Shown: positions 33,265-45,307, numbered from the stretch's first letter. The stretch: 46,101 nt of DNA from Candidatus Nanoarchaeia archaeon (GCA_036514715.1 DATBWR010000011.1:1-46101), one strand, 5' to 3'. Numbers and translations are program-made. Notes: generated by a model not told the origin, from the letters alone.

Positions 33265-34635
33265 ATGCCCGAAGAAGTCATTGAAAAGGTTGCCGAAGCA
33301 CCGGCAGTTGCGGTGGAAAAGGCAATCGACACTTCTAAACAAATCTCCCAAAAAATCTCAAACCAACCGTCGGTTAAAAAAGCCCGCGCCTATTGGAAAC
33401 TGCTAGGCCCAGGCCTCACTACCGGAGCATCCGACGATGACCCCTCTGGTATCGCCACTTATTCCCAGGCTGGTGCAAGGTATGGTTTTCAATTACTTTG
33501 GCTAGCACCCCTAACTTTTCCTTTTATGGCTGTCGTGCAAGAAATGTGCGCTCGTATTGGCCTGGTAACCGGCAGAGGCTTAGCAGCTAACATTAGGATT
33601 AATTTTCCCAAATGGGTACTTTATACCTGTACCATCCTTCTTTTTGGAGCCAATACCTTAAACATCGGGGCGGACATTGGGGCCATGGCCAAAGCAACCC
33701 AACTGGTTTTCCCTTCTTTTAATTTCGGTCTGCTAGTAGTTGGTTTCACTCTTTTGAGTTTAATTTTGCAGATTTTCACTACTTATGAAAAATACGCTAG
33801 GTACTTGAAGTGGCTGGCTTTAATCTTACTCGCCTACGTTTTCTCTGCTTTGAGCCTAAGTTTGAATTGGGGTGAAATCTTTAAAAACACGCTTGTTCCA
33901 ACTATTAGTTTCTCGAAAGAGCAAATTATTTTAATCGCGGCAGTTTTGGGTACTACTATCTCTCCCTACTTATTCTTCTGGCAAACTTCCCAGGAAGTGG
34001 AGGAGGAGATTTTGGGAGGTAAAACTTCTATAAAGCTGCGGCAGGAGGAAACTACAGAAGCTGAAATCAAAAATATGCGTATTGATGTTTGGTCAGGAAT
34101 GTTTCTTTCCAATTTAGTTATGTTCTTCATTATTGCCGCTGCCAGCGCAACCCTACACGCGAGCGGAATTTTCAATATCACCTCTGCTGATCAAGCCGCT
34201 AGCGCCCTAAAACCAATTGCCGGGGATTTCACTTTCTTACTTTTCGCAGTTGGAATTATCGGCACCGGACTTTTGGCAGTGCCGGTACTAGCCGGATCGG
34301 CCTCTTACGCGCTTTCCGAGAGTTTAGGTTGGCGCCAAGGCCTTTACCACCGACTAAAAGGGGCCTATGCCTTTTACGGAGTAATTATTATTGCGATGCT
34401 AATTGGTTTATTAATTAATTTCTTAGGAATTCCGGCTTTTAAAGCTTTGATTTACTCAGCTATTGGTAACGCGCTGGTTGCTCCGATAATTCTTTTCCTA
34501 ATAGTTCTCATCAGCAGCAACAAGAAAGTGATGGGTAACCGGGTAAATAGTCTTTTTACTTCTACCTTAGGTTGGGTAATTACGCTGATAATGACCGGTG
34601 CTGGCGTTGCCACCATCCTTTCACTTCTTCTTTAA
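33265..34635 (+). CDS. NRAMP-related divalent metal transporter
   Basis: LGPGL.TGASDDDPSGIATYSQAG, GTTISPY; promoter TTGCCA-17-TATAAT at 33229-33257. Confidence 0.88.
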   Translation: MPEEVIEKVAEAPAVAVEKAIDTSKQISQKISNQPSVKKARAYWKLLGPGLTTGASDDDPSGIATYSQAGARYGFQLLWLAPLTFPFMAVVQEMCARIGLVTGRGLAANIRINFPKWVLYTCTILLFGANTLNIGADIGAMAKATQLVFPSFNFGLLVVGFTLLSLILQIFTTYEKYARYLKWLALILLAYVFSALSLSLNWGEIFKNTLVPTISFSKEQIILIAAVLGTTISPYLFFWQTSQEVEEEILGGKTSIKLRQEETTEAEIKNMRIDVWSGMFLSNLVMFFIIAAASATLHASGIFNITSADQAASALKPIAGDFTFLLFAVGIIGTGLLAVPVLAGSASYALSESLGWRQGLYHRLKGAYAFYGVIIIAMLIGLLINFLGIPAFKALIYSAIGNALVAPIILFLIVLISSNKKVMGNRVNSLFTSTLGWVITLIMTGAGVATILSLLL

Positions 34636-35000
34636 GAAAGCAGAGATTTTACTTCCTTAACAACTCTTTCCGGCGTATAGGTACTTTTAACAATGTAAGC
34701 AGAAGCACCCTTCTCAAGGGCCTTATTAATATAGGATTCTTCGCCTAAGTTACTTAAAACTAGTATCACTAACCCCTCTTTGGGTTTTTCCTTCAAATGA
34801 TCCAAGATCTGAAAACCACTCACATCGGGAATGTTAAGATCAAGCATAAGCAGGTTGTAGGAGTTTTTTTCTATAAGCTCGAGAGCTACCTTACCGCTAA
34901 AAGTAGCTTCCACACTAAAACCGGATAACTTGAGTTGGCGCTCGTAAAGCTCGCGGATAAACTGGTCATCCTCAACAACCAAGATCTTCTTTTGTTCCAT
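34632..35000 (-). CDS. Single-domain response regulator
   Basis: VVEDD, MLDLNIP, LSN, YIVKS. Confidence 0.9.
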   Translation of the reverse strand: MEQKKILVVEDDQFIRELYERQLKLSGFSVEATFSGKVALELIEKNSYNLLMLDLNIPDVSGFQILDHLKEKPKEGLVILVLSNLGEESYINKALEKGASAYIVKSTYTPERVVKEVKSLLS

Positions 35001-35126
35001 AATTGTATGATATCATAATCAATTCTTATTGGTCATATCGCGCGTCAGATCAATTTCATAATTTCTTAATTATATGTCTGCTTATAATTTCTCAGAAATT
35101 ACCTACGGCGCGATATAATAGTTTTT

Positions 35127-35792
35127 ATGGCTTTATATGTTGTAGCAACACCAATTGGCAATATTAAGGACATTACTCTACGGGCTCTTGAGGTTCTTAA
35201 AGAAGTTGAGCTAATTTTATGTGAGGACACCCGCCATAGCGGGCAATTACTTCACCATTACAGCATCAACAAACCACTACTGTCTTTTCACGAACACAAT
35301 GAAGTTCAAAGAATTGATGAAGTTATCGCTAAATTAAAGCAGGGCCAAAATATTGCTTTAATTAGTGACGCGGGCACACCTTTAATTTCCGATCCTGGTT
35401 TTAAATTAGTTCGCGCCGCCAGAGAAAATGGTCTTCAAATAAAAGTTGTTCCCGGTCCTTCAGCAGCTGTTGCGGCTCTGTCAATCGCCGGCCTACCCTC
35501 AGATAAGTTCCTTTTTGTCGGTTTCTTACCAAAAACCACCGGCAAAAGAGAGGCGTTGTTAAAAAGATTAGCTGAAATCAGGCGGCTTTTACCTATGAGT
35601 TTAATTTTTTACGAATCTGGCCACCGGCTCTCAAAAACTTTAAAGGAGTTGGCTTTTCTTTTCCCTGATCACCAAATCTCTCTGCAAAGAGAGTTGACCA
35701 AAGTACATGAAGAAGTGGTTAATAATAAGGTCAGTGAACTCGCGGCGAGACCTCCCAGCGTTAAAGGTGAGATTACCTTAGTAGTCTACTAA
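35127..35792 (+). CDS. rsmI: 16S rRNA C1402 2'-O-methyltransferase
   Basis: LYVVATPIGN..DIT.RA, CEDTR, SDAGTPLISDPG, RELTK.HEE. Confidence 0.95.
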   Translation: MALYVVATPIGNIKDITLRALEVLKEVELILCEDTRHSGQLLHHYSINKPLLSFHEHNEVQRIDEVIAKLKQGQNIALISDAGTPLISDPGFKLVRAARENGLQIKVVPGPSAAVAALSIAGLPSDKFLFVGFLPKTTGKREALLKRLAEIRRLLPMSLIFYESGHRLSKTLKELAFLFPDHQISLQRELTKVHEEVVNNKVSELAARPPSVKGEITLVVY

Positions 35793-35793
35793 T

Positions 35794-37383
35794 CTAGTCC
35801 AAGAGAGCTTTATTCAAAACCTTAACTTCCAAAAGATCCTGGCCAAACATAGAGACTCCTTTAGGTAGCCCCATTAGACTTAAAACGGTTGGGGCTACGT
35901 CTGCCAAAATCCCAGAGGGAAACTGCAAAGTTGACGAATGATTAAACTCATTAGCAACCACGATAAAAGGAACTTTATTAGTGCTGTGCTCAGTATCAAC
36001 CCCACCAGTTTGAGCGTTTAACATGGCCTCCGCATTACCGTGGTCAGCAGTAACTATCATCGCACCATTTTTAAGCAAAACTTCTCTTCCAATAACCCTC
36101 AAGCAAGTATCCAAAAACTCAACTGCTTTGATGGTTGCCTCAATTGAACCAGTGTGAGCTACCATATCAGCGTTAGCAAAATTGACAACATAAAATTCGT
36201 AAACATTACCTCTTAGTTTGTTACTTACGTAATCAGTAATTTCGCCAGCTGACATTTGGGGTTTAAGGTCGTAGGTGGATACTTTAGGTGAGGAAATATG
36301 AACACGATCTTCCAAAAGAAATGGCTCTTCTCTACCACCGTTAAAAAAGTAGGTTACATGAGCGTATTTCTCCGTTTCTCCAATATGCAACTGCTTCAGG
36401 GAATAATTAGAAATGACTCGAGAAAGAGGTTCGTTAATCTTTTGGTGCGGAAAAGCAACTGGTAGTGAAGAGCCTGAATCATACTCAGCCATACAAACAA
36501 AGTAGAGGTCTTTTAAGACAATTTTACGGCTAAAACCCTGAAAATCACTTTCAGTCAAACTTTTGGTCAACTCTCGTGCTCGATCAGGACGAAAGTTGAA
36601 AAAGATTAGACTGTCGCCGTTACGAACGGTAGTAATCGTTTTACCCTCGGCAGCAATTAAGGTTGGTTCAATAAACTCGTCAGTAACTTTTTTAGAATAC
36701 GAGCTTTGTATCAGAACCCGAGGGCTAGTGGCCAGACTAGCTTGGCCGTTAACTAAAGCTTCGTAGGCTCTCTTTGTTCTCTCCCACCGCTGATCGCGGT
36801 CCATCGCCCAATACCTTCCCATCACACTGGCAATTTTTCCAACCCCAATTGTGGAGATTTTGTACTCAATTTGGGCAATAAGCTGCAAACCAGAAGTCGG
36901 TGAAGAATCTCGACCATCGGTAAACAAATGCAAGAAAACGTTTTGAAGTCCAGCCTCTTTAGCTGCCCAAAGTAGAGCGTAGAGATGTTCAACGCTAGCG
37001 TGAACGTTCCCGGTTCCAACTAACCCCATCAAGTGGAGGTTAGACTTATTAGTCTTGACGTGATCAAAAGCCCTCTTAAAAGTCTCGTTTTTCAAAAAGG
37101 ATCCATCAGCAATTGCGCTATTAATCCGCGGTAAGTCCTGATAGACAATTTTCCCGGCACCAATGTTTAAGTGACCAACTTCCGAATTCCCTGCTTCTCC
37201 TGAAGGTAAACCAACTGAAGGTCCTGAGGCTTCCAAGACCGTGTGTGGATAGCTAACGTTAATTGAGTGAAAGTAAGGTAGATGGGCAAGAGTTATGGCG
37301 TTACCAGCACTTTCCGGCGCTACTCCCCACCCATCGAGGATAACTAAAACAACAGGTTTCAAAGGTTTGGACAGTTGGATCAT
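35794..37383 (-). CDS. gpmI: 2,3-BPG-independent phosphoglycerate mutase
   Basis: ILDGWG, GNSEVGH, DGRD, GRYWAMDRD, ETEKYAHVTYFFNGG, TADHGN. Confidence 0.96.
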   Translation of the reverse strand: MIQLSKPLKPVVLVILDGWGVAPESAGNAITLAHLPYFHSINVSYPHTVLEASGPSVGLPSGEAGNSEVGHLNIGAGKIVYQDLPRINSAIADGSFLKNETFKRAFDHVKTNKSNLHLMGLVGTGNVHASVEHLYALLWAAKEAGLQNVFLHLFTDGRDSSPTSGLQLIAQIEYKISTIGVGKIASVMGRYWAMDRDQRWERTKRAYEALVNGQASLATSPRVLIQSSYSKKVTDEFIEPTLIAAEGKTITTVRNGDSLIFFNFRPDRARELTKSLTESDFQGFSRKIVLKDLYFVCMAEYDSGSSLPVAFPHQKINEPLSRVISNYSLKQLHIGETEKYAHVTYFFNGGREEPFLLEDRVHISSPKVSTYDLKPQMSAGEITDYVSNKLRGNVYEFYVVNFANADMVAHTGSIEATIKAVEFLDTCLRVIGREVLLKNGAMIVTADHGNAEAMLNAQTGGVDTEHSTNKVPFIVVANEFNHSSTLQFPSGILADVAPTVLSLMGLPKGVSMFGQDLLEVKVLNKALLD

Positions 37384-37460
37384 TCTGACAACATTCTAAC
37401 AAATTCACCAATTTCTTGGATCCTTGTCAGGTTTGCTAAAAACTGTTATAGTAACTGGCT

Positions 37461-37829
37461 ATGAAAAAAAGTCCTGATGAGAGTATCGAGGCTCTAGTTA
37501 TTCGTTGTATTGACTATCGTTTTGTCACCCAGTCACGAGAGTTTAAGGAAGCCAAGGGATGGATTAATCAGTATGATTTACTTACCTTTCCAGGAGCCTC
37601 AAAAAATATCCACCATCTTTTTGACGCTATTGAAATTTCCAACCGCCTTCACCAACCCAAAAAAATTGTTATCATGGACCACGAAGACTGCGGTGCTTTT
37701 GGAGAAGACGACTCTTTTGAAGACCACCGCCGGTCATTAAAAAAAGCAGAAAAGTTATTAAACGTTGTTTTCCCTGAAATACCAGTTGAATTATACTACG
37801 TTAAATTCTCTGGGGTTGAAAAAATCTGA
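37461..37829 (+). CDS. Small beta-carbonic-anhydrase-like protein
   Basis: CIDYR and HEDCGA (Cys/His/Cys Zn ligands plus Asp-Arg); promoter TTGTCA-17-TATAGT at 37424-37452. Confidence 0.7.
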   Translation: MKKSPDESIEALVIRCIDYRFVTQSREFKEAKGWINQYDLLTFPGASKNIHHLFDAIEISNRLHQPKKIVIMDHEDCGAFGEDDSFEDHRRSLKKAEKLLNVVFPEIPVELYYVKFSGVEKI

Positions 37830-37838
37830 TAACTATCT

Positions 37839-38579
37839 ATGGAACAAGAAGTTACTCTTGCCGCTGAAAAAATTGCACAAATTGGGCCTTTCATCATAAA
37901 TAACTCTCTTTTAACTACCTGGGTAGTCATGGCTGTAATTATTATTTTTGCCTATTTTGCCGGAAGGAATATAAATAAAGTTCCTGGCCCTTTACAAAAT
38001 TTTGCAGAAATAGTTGTTGAGGGTCTTTACTCCACAGTAGAATCTTTAGCCGGACCAAGAACTAAACGCTTTTTTCCAATTTTGGCCACATTTTTTGTTT
38101 TAATTATCACTGCTAACTATGTTGGTCTTTTGCCTGGAATAGGCACAGTTGGAATCTTCGAACAACACAACGGTAAAGAAGTCTTAGTCCCCCTCTTTCG
38201 CTCCGCTACTGCGGATCTGAACCTCACCCTTGCTTTAGCACTAATTTCTGTTAGCGTAACCCATTATTTCTCAATCACTTCTCTTGGGCTAACTAACTAT
38301 TTAGCTCGTTACATCAGCTTAAACCCAATTTACTTGTTTGTTGGAATTCTCGAAGTTGTTGCCGAGTTTACCAAGATAGTCTCGCTTTCTTTCCGGCTTT
38401 TTGGTAATATCTTCGCCGGCGAGACCCTTCTAGTAACCATCTCCGGAATACTCGCTTTTATTGCGCCTTTACCTTTTATGATGTTAGAACTGCTGGTTGG
38501 CTTTGTTCAAGCCGCGGTTTTTATGATGTTAACTTTAGTCTTCATGACAATTTTAACTGAGAGACATGAAGCGCATTAA
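37839..38579 (+). CDS. atpB: ATP synthase F0 subunit a
   Basis: VPG.LQN, TADLN.TLALA, SLSFRLFGNIFAGE, QA.VF. Confidence 0.95.
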   Translation: MEQEVTLAAEKIAQIGPFIINNSLLTTWVVMAVIIIFAYFAGRNINKVPGPLQNFAEIVVEGLYSTVESLAGPRTKRFFPILATFFVLIITANYVGLLPGIGTVGIFEQHNGKEVLVPLFRSATADLNLTLALALISVSVTHYFSITSLGLTNYLARYISLNPIYLFVGILEVVAEFTKIVSLSFRLFGNIFAGETLLVTISGILAFIAPLPFMMLELLVGFVQAAVFMMLTLVFMTILTERHEAH

Positions 38580-38605
38580 CTTGGAAGGGGGTGTTGGTTA
38601 ACAAA

Positions 38606-38812
38606 ATGGAATTTACTGTAACAGGTGGTCTTATTGTTGCTATCGGTGGTGCCTTGCCTGGTTTAGCCATCGGTTTAATTGGTGCAAAAGCTATGGAAGC
38701 GATTGGCCGCAACCCGGAAGCACAAGGTAAAATCGTTCCCGCGATGCTTTTGGGCATGGCTTTTGCTGAAGCTATTGCTATTTACGCTTTAGTTCTGGCA
38801 TTTATCGGTTAG
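38606..38812 (+). CDS. atpE: ATP synthase F0 subunit c (H+-type signature)
   Basis: GRNPEA loop, FAEAIAIY; lacks the Na+ Q/ES(T) signature. Start at ATG 38606. Confidence 0.95.
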   Translation: MEFTVTGGLIVAIGGALPGLAIGLIGAKAMEAIGRNPEAQGKIVPAMLLGMAFAEAIAIYALVLAFIG

Positions 38813-38903
38813 TTTCGTTATTGAACGAATGCGAATTATATCGCGCTGAAAGTAAGTCTTAAGAACCCGAAATTATATTTCGGCCGATATTATTTCAAGA
38901 AAC

Positions 38904-39404
38904 ATGAAAATTATTGAAGAGTTTGGAATTAATCCTTATTTACTGCTTGCGCAAGTCGTTAATTTTACGATTTTACTCTTTCTGTTGAAAAAAATTCTCT
39001 ACAAACCAATCCTTAAAGTTTTAGAGGAACGGAAAGTAAAAATTGTTCGTTCACTAAAAGAAGCGGAGGATATTGAAAAGAGGTTAGTAGAAACTGCAAA
39101 AGAGCAAGAGAAAATCTTAGAAAAAGCTCGGTCTGAAGCAGCTAACTTAATTTCAGAAGTAAAAAAAGAGTCCAAAGAGCTCTCGGAAAAAATGCTTGCT
39201 GATACCAGAGCGACCGTTGACGAGGCGATGAAACGCGGTGAAGAGAGGTTAGAGTTAGAAAAACAGCAAATGATGAGCGAGGTTAAAAAAGACCTTGCGG
39301 GTTTGGTAATTGCCGCAACTGCTAAGGTAACCCAAAAAACCATGGATGAGCCCTCCAATCGAAGATTAGTTGAGGAGGTGGTTAGGGAAATGTCAAAATC
39401 GTGA
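38904..39404 (+). CDS. atpF: ATP synthase F0 subunit b
   Basis: AQVVNF.IL..LL....YKPI...LEER, coiled coil. Confidence 0.93.
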   Translation: MKIIEEFGINPYLLLAQVVNFTILLFLLKKILYKPILKVLEERKVKIVRSLKEAEDIEKRLVETAKEQEKILEKARSEAANLISEVKKESKELSEKMLADTRATVDEAMKRGEERLELEKQQMMSEVKKDLAGLVIAATAKVTQKTMDEPSNRRLVEEVVREMSKS

Positions 39405-39799
39405 AGATCTCAAAGAAAGCTTTAAAAATCGCTAAACCTCTTTTAAAGGCTGCATTTATTGGCGGGAAAATTAACGAAGGAAAGGTGAGGGGTTTCCTTA
39501 AAATTTTAAAAAAGCACCCAAGCAAGATAGGGAGCGAAGTTGTTTTTTCACTGCAGAAACTGATCGAGGCAGAAACTCTAAAAAAGCAGTTGGTCCTCGA
39601 AACTCCCTTTCCGCTTCAGGCGAAAACTGTTGACCGACTGAAAAATGAGTTTGAAGCACTGCTAAATAGGCAGTTAACTGTAGAAATCAGGGAAAATAAA
39701 GAACTCATTGGTGGTTTGCGTATCAAAAACTCGGACAACGTTTGGGAAAATACGGTTGAAAGTACTTTGCAACAATTAAAAGGAGCTTTAGTGCGATGA
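39401..39799 (+). CDS. atpH: ATP synthase delta subunit (short)
   Basis: Operon position; ELIGGLRIK motif. Confidence 0.8.
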   Translation: MKISKKALKIAKPLLKAAFIGGKINEGKVRGFLKILKKHPSKIGSEVVFSLQKLIEAETLKKQLVLETPFPLQAKTVDRLKNEFEALLNRQLTVEIRENKELIGGLRIKNSDNVWENTVESTLQQLKGALVR

Positions 39800-41289
39800 G
39801 TAATCTTGTAGAAGAACTAAAAAAAGAAATTGCCTCTTTGAAAACTGCCGCCCAGAAGAAAAATGTCGGGGTTATCACTGAGATAAGTGATGGTGTCGCC
39901 CGCGCCGAAGGCTTAAGTGAAGCTGGCTATAATGAGCTGGTTAGCCTTCCCCACGACTTAACTGGTTTAGTTTTAAATTTAGAAGAAGATAGTGTCGGCA
40001 TTGTGGTTTTTGGCGACTATAAACTCTTAAAGGAGGGGGACGAGGTTACTACCACTGGTAAAATCCTCTCTATTGGCGTGGGTGAGAACTTGCTCGGCCG
40101 TGTAGTTGACTCCTTGGGAAAACCTGTTGATGGTAAAGGGACCCTCAAAACTGCGAAAGACTATCCAATTGAGAAAATTGCCCCGGGTGTAGTTTTCAGA
40201 GAACCAGTTAACACTCCCCTGCAAACTGGAATTGTCGCCATTGACACTATGATCCCCATTGGACGGGGTCAAAGAGAGTTGATCATTGGTGACCGAGGAG
40301 TGGGTAAAACCGCCATAACAATCGACACTATTATTAATCAGAAAAATTCCGGAGTAATTTGCATTTACGTGGCTGTAGGTCAGAAAACTTCTAAAATTGC
40401 CTTGGTTGCCGACATCTTAGAAAGATATGGGGCCCTCAAACACACTATTATTGTGGCTGCTCCAGCTTCTGAATCAGCGACCATGCAATATTTAGCACCC
40501 TACGCTGGGTGCGCTATCGGTGAATATTTCATGGATGAGGGTAAGGATGCTCTAGTGATTTATGATGATTTAACTAAGCACGCCTGGGCCTACCGACAAC
40601 TTTCTCTACTTTTGCGCCGTCCGTCCGGACGCGAGGCGTACCCAGGTGATGTTTTTTACCTCCATTCTCGTCTCTTAGAAAGAGCAGCTAAACTAAACAA
40701 AGACTTGAGCGGTGGGTCACTGACTGCTTTACCGATTATTGAAACACAAGCCGGGGACCTGTCTGCCTACATTCCCACTAATGTAATATCAATTACCGAC
40801 GGTCAGATTTATCTTGAAGCTGATATGTTTAACGCCGGTACCAGACCAGCCATTAACGTCGGTTTGTCAGTCTCACGTGTTGGTGGAGCAGCTCAAAGGC
40901 CCTCTATGAAGCAAGTTGCCGGAAGCCTACGTTTGGACTTGGCCCAATTTCGTTCCTTAGAGGCCTTTGCCCAATTTGGCTCAGACCTTGACGAGGCCAC
41001 TAAGAAACAGCTGGACCGGGGACAGCGGATTGTGGAAGTTTTGAAACAACCTCAGTATCAACCGACAGAGGTAGAAAAACAAGTTGCTCTTATTTGGTTA
41101 GTAACCAACGGCCATATTGATGATATTGAAATTACCAATATTGCCAATTTCCAAGAGAAGTTCTTAGACGCTCTTTCCACGCGTGGCAAGAAACTCTTGG
41201 AAGAAATAGGTAAAGAAAAGACTCTAACGGACAAACTTACTGGCGACTTAGAAAGATTTGTTCAAGACTTTAAGAAAGGTTTTAAGTAG
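39796..41289 (+). CDS. atpA: ATP synthase alpha
   Basis: [35 protein letters not shown]. Confidence 0.98.
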   Translation: MSNLVEELKKEIASLKTAAQKKNVGVITEISDGVARAEGLSEAGYNELVSLPHDLTGLVLNLEEDSVGIVVFGDYKLLKEGDEVTTTGKILSIGVGENLLGRVVDSLGKPVDGKGTLKTAKDYPIEKIAPGVVFREPVNTPLQTGIVAIDTMIPIGRGQRELIIGDRGVGKTAITIDTIINQKNSGVICIYVAVGQKTSKIALVADILERYGALKHTIIVAAPASESATMQYLAPYAGCAIGEYFMDEGKDALVIYDDLTKHAWAYRQLSLLLRRPSGREAYPGDVFYLHSRLLERAAKLNKDLSGGSLTALPIIETQAGDLSAYIPTNVISITDGQIYLEADMFNAGTRPAINVGLSVSRVGGAAQRPSMKQVAGSLRLDLAQFRSLEAFAQFGSDLDEATKKQLDRGQRIVEVLKQPQYQPTEVEKQVALIWLVTNGHIDDIEITNIANFQEKFLDALSTRGKKLLEEIGKEKTLTDKLTGDLERFVQDFKKGFK

Positions 41290-41290
41290 T

Positions 41291-42148
41291 ATGGCTAACA
41301 CCAAAGGGTTACGTAACCGAATTAAATCAGTAAGGAATACGGCTAAAATTACCAAAGCGATGGAACTAGTTTCCGCAGCCAAAATGCGCCGAGCTCAAGA
41401 CCAAGCCCTTGGAGGTCGTCCCTACTCTATTTTAATTAACAATGTGCTGGGCAATATTGTCACCAAAATTGATCCAGAGGCTCACCCACTGCTAGTAGGT
41501 AAGGGGAAGGGGAAAGATGCCGCTCTTTTAATTAGTACTAACCGCGGGCTTTGTGGTGCCCTCAACACTAACCTGTTTCGAAAAGCTTTTGATTTGGGTG
41601 ACGACGCTTCTTTTATTACCGTTGGTAAAAAGGGCCGGCTTTTTGTTTCTAAAAGCGCCCGTCCACTCTCAGCAGATTTTGAACTCTTAGAGCGGCCTAG
41701 CCTTGAGTCTGCTCGAACTATCAGTAAGTTCCTAAGTGACTCTTTTCTTTCGGGAGAATTTGCCAAGGTTAACTTGGTTTACACTAGTTTTGAATCAACT
41801 CTAAAACAAACTGCTATTTCAAAAACTCTCCTACCAATAGTAAATATGGATCTTGTTAATCAAATTGCTCAAGAAAAACAAAATGAAATTAGACAGTACT
41901 TGTTCGAACCTAACCCGGACCAAGTTTTGGAGACAATTTTACCCCACTATATACAGATGGAGGTTTACCAAACACTACTGGAAGCCTCTGCCAGTGAACA
42001 CTCTGCCCGCATGGTGGCCATGAAAAACGCTTCTGACAATGCCTTTGATTTGGTTAGCGATCTTACTCTTATTTTTAACCAGGCTCGCCAAGAAGCGATT
42101 ACTAATGAACTGCTTGATATTACTACAGCGACCCTCGCCTTGGAATAG
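41291..42148 (+). CDS. atpG: ATP synthase gamma
   Basis: KITKAMELVSAAK, RGLCG, SEHSARMVAM, RQEAIT.EL. Confidence 0.97.
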   Translation: MANTKGLRNRIKSVRNTAKITKAMELVSAAKMRRAQDQALGGRPYSILINNVLGNIVTKIDPEAHPLLVGKGKGKDAALLISTNRGLCGALNTNLFRKAFDLGDDASFITVGKKGRLFVSKSARPLSADFELLERPSLESARTISKFLSDSFLSGEFAKVNLVYTSFESTLKQTAISKTLLPIVNMDLVNQIAQEKQNEIRQYLFEPNPDQVLETILPHYIQMEVYQTLLEASASEHSARMVAMKNASDNAFDLVSDLTLIFNQARQEAITNELLDITTATLALE

Positions 42149-43528
<1,380 letters not shown>

Positions 43529-43592
43529 AAGAACCCGGCCGATTCATGCATTTCTGCACAAACCTTCCGGGTCAAAGTAGCGAGTACGTATT

Positions 43593-43847
43593 TTATCCTT
43601 CCACACTAATGGGAAAAGGACCGTCGAGCGCCAGCGGAAAGAGTCGCTGCAACCGAGGCCAAAGATCGTCTGCAGCTACCTTAGACGGCAGTTTGCCCGA
43701 TCGTATCGATCTTTCAATTTCCGATCTAAGCTCTTGCAAATCCGGCCAATTTCTCGGCTCAAGAGCTTCACTTGGACTGAGCTTTGTCCTCTCCTCCCAC
43801 CAAGCGACTATTCGTTCGACTTCTACTTGGTACAATTTAGCCTCCAT
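43593..43847 (-). CDS. Small hypothetical protein
   Basis: Promoter TTGACT-17-TAAAAT overlaps the ORF-track ATG (43886), so the start is probably MEAKLY at 43847. Confidence 0.5.
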   Translation of the reverse strand: MEAKLYQVEVERIVAWWEERTKLSPSEALEPRNWPDLQELRSEIERSIRSGKLPSKVAADDLWPRLQRLFPLALDGPFPISVEG

Positions 43848-43924
43848 AGGTTTAATTGGCACAATTTGATACCAATATTTTAGCATAAATCATGGTTAAA
43901 GTCAAGTTACTATGGGTTTATGGG

Positions 43925-45241
43925 TTACGGTTGTTTATCTTCGAGTGGGAGTTTTTGTTGGGAGTTAGAGCGTTTTAACCAAACTTTCTTGACCGAGTAA
44001 ACAATTCCGTAGGCAGCAACCATCGCTAGAACAAAAAGTAGTAGATAAACTAGAGCGTTGCTGATCTTAGCAGCCACCAAACTTCCCGAAACACTGGCAA
44101 CTGCAACTGCTCCATTGTTGGAAAGGGCACTTACAATCAGTTTATTGACTCCCTCCGCCAAACTAACCTCGCCCGAAAACTCTCCCGAGGCAGTAGCCAC
44201 TTTTAACTTCCCCAAATCTTTGTTGTTAAGCCGGGCAGAGACGCTAGCAGTTGGGTCGGAAACAACTCCTCTCAAGGTAGCTTTCTCATCGTTAGTCTCA
44301 AAACCGTCTTTGGGTTCTTTAATCTCCACTGTCGGTACTGCGGTAAAAATCGAAAAGTGGGTAACGTCAAAGGTGAGAGTTCCTTTTTCGTATTTTATAT
44401 TCGAAACTACGGTTTTATCCTCTTTACCATCAACGTGGACCTTAGGGGTTTTTAGAAAAGGCAGGTTTTTCATTACCACAGTCGCCTTTTTGTTCAAAGC
44501 TGATAAATTAACGCTGTCAAGTGAGAGAATGCCAACCTCACTAACATCAACAAACTGATCAAGAACTTTGAACTTATCTTTCGTGTCACTGGCAGATAAG
44601 TCAACTGGCTCATTAAATTTGATTTTGTTGTTCTTTGAGTCTAAGGTTAAATCCTCAACCTTGGCTGGATCGCTAATTTTACTCAAATCAGTGGTCTCAC
44701 CTTCTTTGAAAACAGTCGGCAAACTTACGTCTTTAATTGTCTCTGGTGGAGGCGGTGGTGGAGGAACGTATTTGGTGAGGTAGATAGTCGGGATATCACC
44801 TTGGTAGTAAGCTAAATTAGCGGTTTTAATGTTGTAGCCGCTTTTAGAAATCTTAATTTGCATAGTTAGCGCTTCCTGGCAAGTAATTTTGTAGAGACCA
44901 CTGCCAAAGTAGGACCAAGTAAAATCGGTTCCACCCTCGCCGCAGTGAAATGAAGATTTATTAACAATAGTAATAGTCGCACCGGAAATTACGCTGCTAT
45001 CACTTTCGCTTTGGCCGGTGGTGTTTTGCGCGCTGCTATCTTTAAGATAAAATTTGTAGAAATAGGAGCCAGAGCTTTCGGAAAGAACTTCACCAATTTT
45101 GTTGACCGCTTCTACCAGGTCGGTTTTATTTTTAGGAGTTTTGTCTATTTTGTCAGCACTTACCTTGACAAAATCAAGTGTAATTAGGGACAAAAGTAGC
45201 ACTGACAAAATAAAGGCGATACGGGCATGGTTGGCTTGCAC
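43925..45241 (-). CDS. Cell-surface protein: signal peptide, beta-rich domains, poly-Pro linker, Ig-like domain, C-terminal TM
   Basis: N-terminal hydrophobic signal, VPPPPPPPE, G.F...V.L.EG.N Ig-like pattern, TM followed by basic tail. Confidence 0.75.
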   Translation of the reverse strand: MQANHARIAFILSVLLLSLITLDFVKVSADKIDKTPKNKTDLVEAVNKIGEVLSESSGSYFYKFYLKDSSAQNTTGQSESDSSVISGATITIVNKSSFHCGEGGTDFTWSYFGSGLYKITCQEALTMQIKISKSGYNIKTANLAYYQGDIPTIYLTKYVPPPPPPPETIKDVSLPTVFKEGETTDLSKISDPAKVEDLTLDSKNNKIKFNEPVDLSASDTKDKFKVLDQFVDVSEVGILSLDSVNLSALNKKATVVMKNLPFLKTPKVHVDGKEDKTVVSNIKYEKGTLTFDVTHFSIFTAVPTVEIKEPKDGFETNDEKATLRGVVSDPTASVSARLNNKDLGKLKVATASGEFSGEVSLAEGVNKLIVSALSNNGAVAVASVSGSLVAAKISNALVYLLLFVLAMVAAYGIVYSVKKVWLKRSNSQQKLPLEDKQP

Positions 45242-45247
45242 TATTTT

Positions 45248-45298
45248 ATCTTAAAGAAGGCAGGCTCTATTGTCAATCAAAATTAGATCCCTTATAAT
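45248..45298. promoter_or_regulatory. Bidirectional promoter with overlapping -35 elements
   Basis: + strand TTGTCA-17-TATAAT (atpC); - strand TTGACA-17-TAAGAT (surface protein); both use TTGTCAA at 45270-45276. Confidence 0.7.
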
Positions 45299-45307
45299 CC
45301 AAATCTA

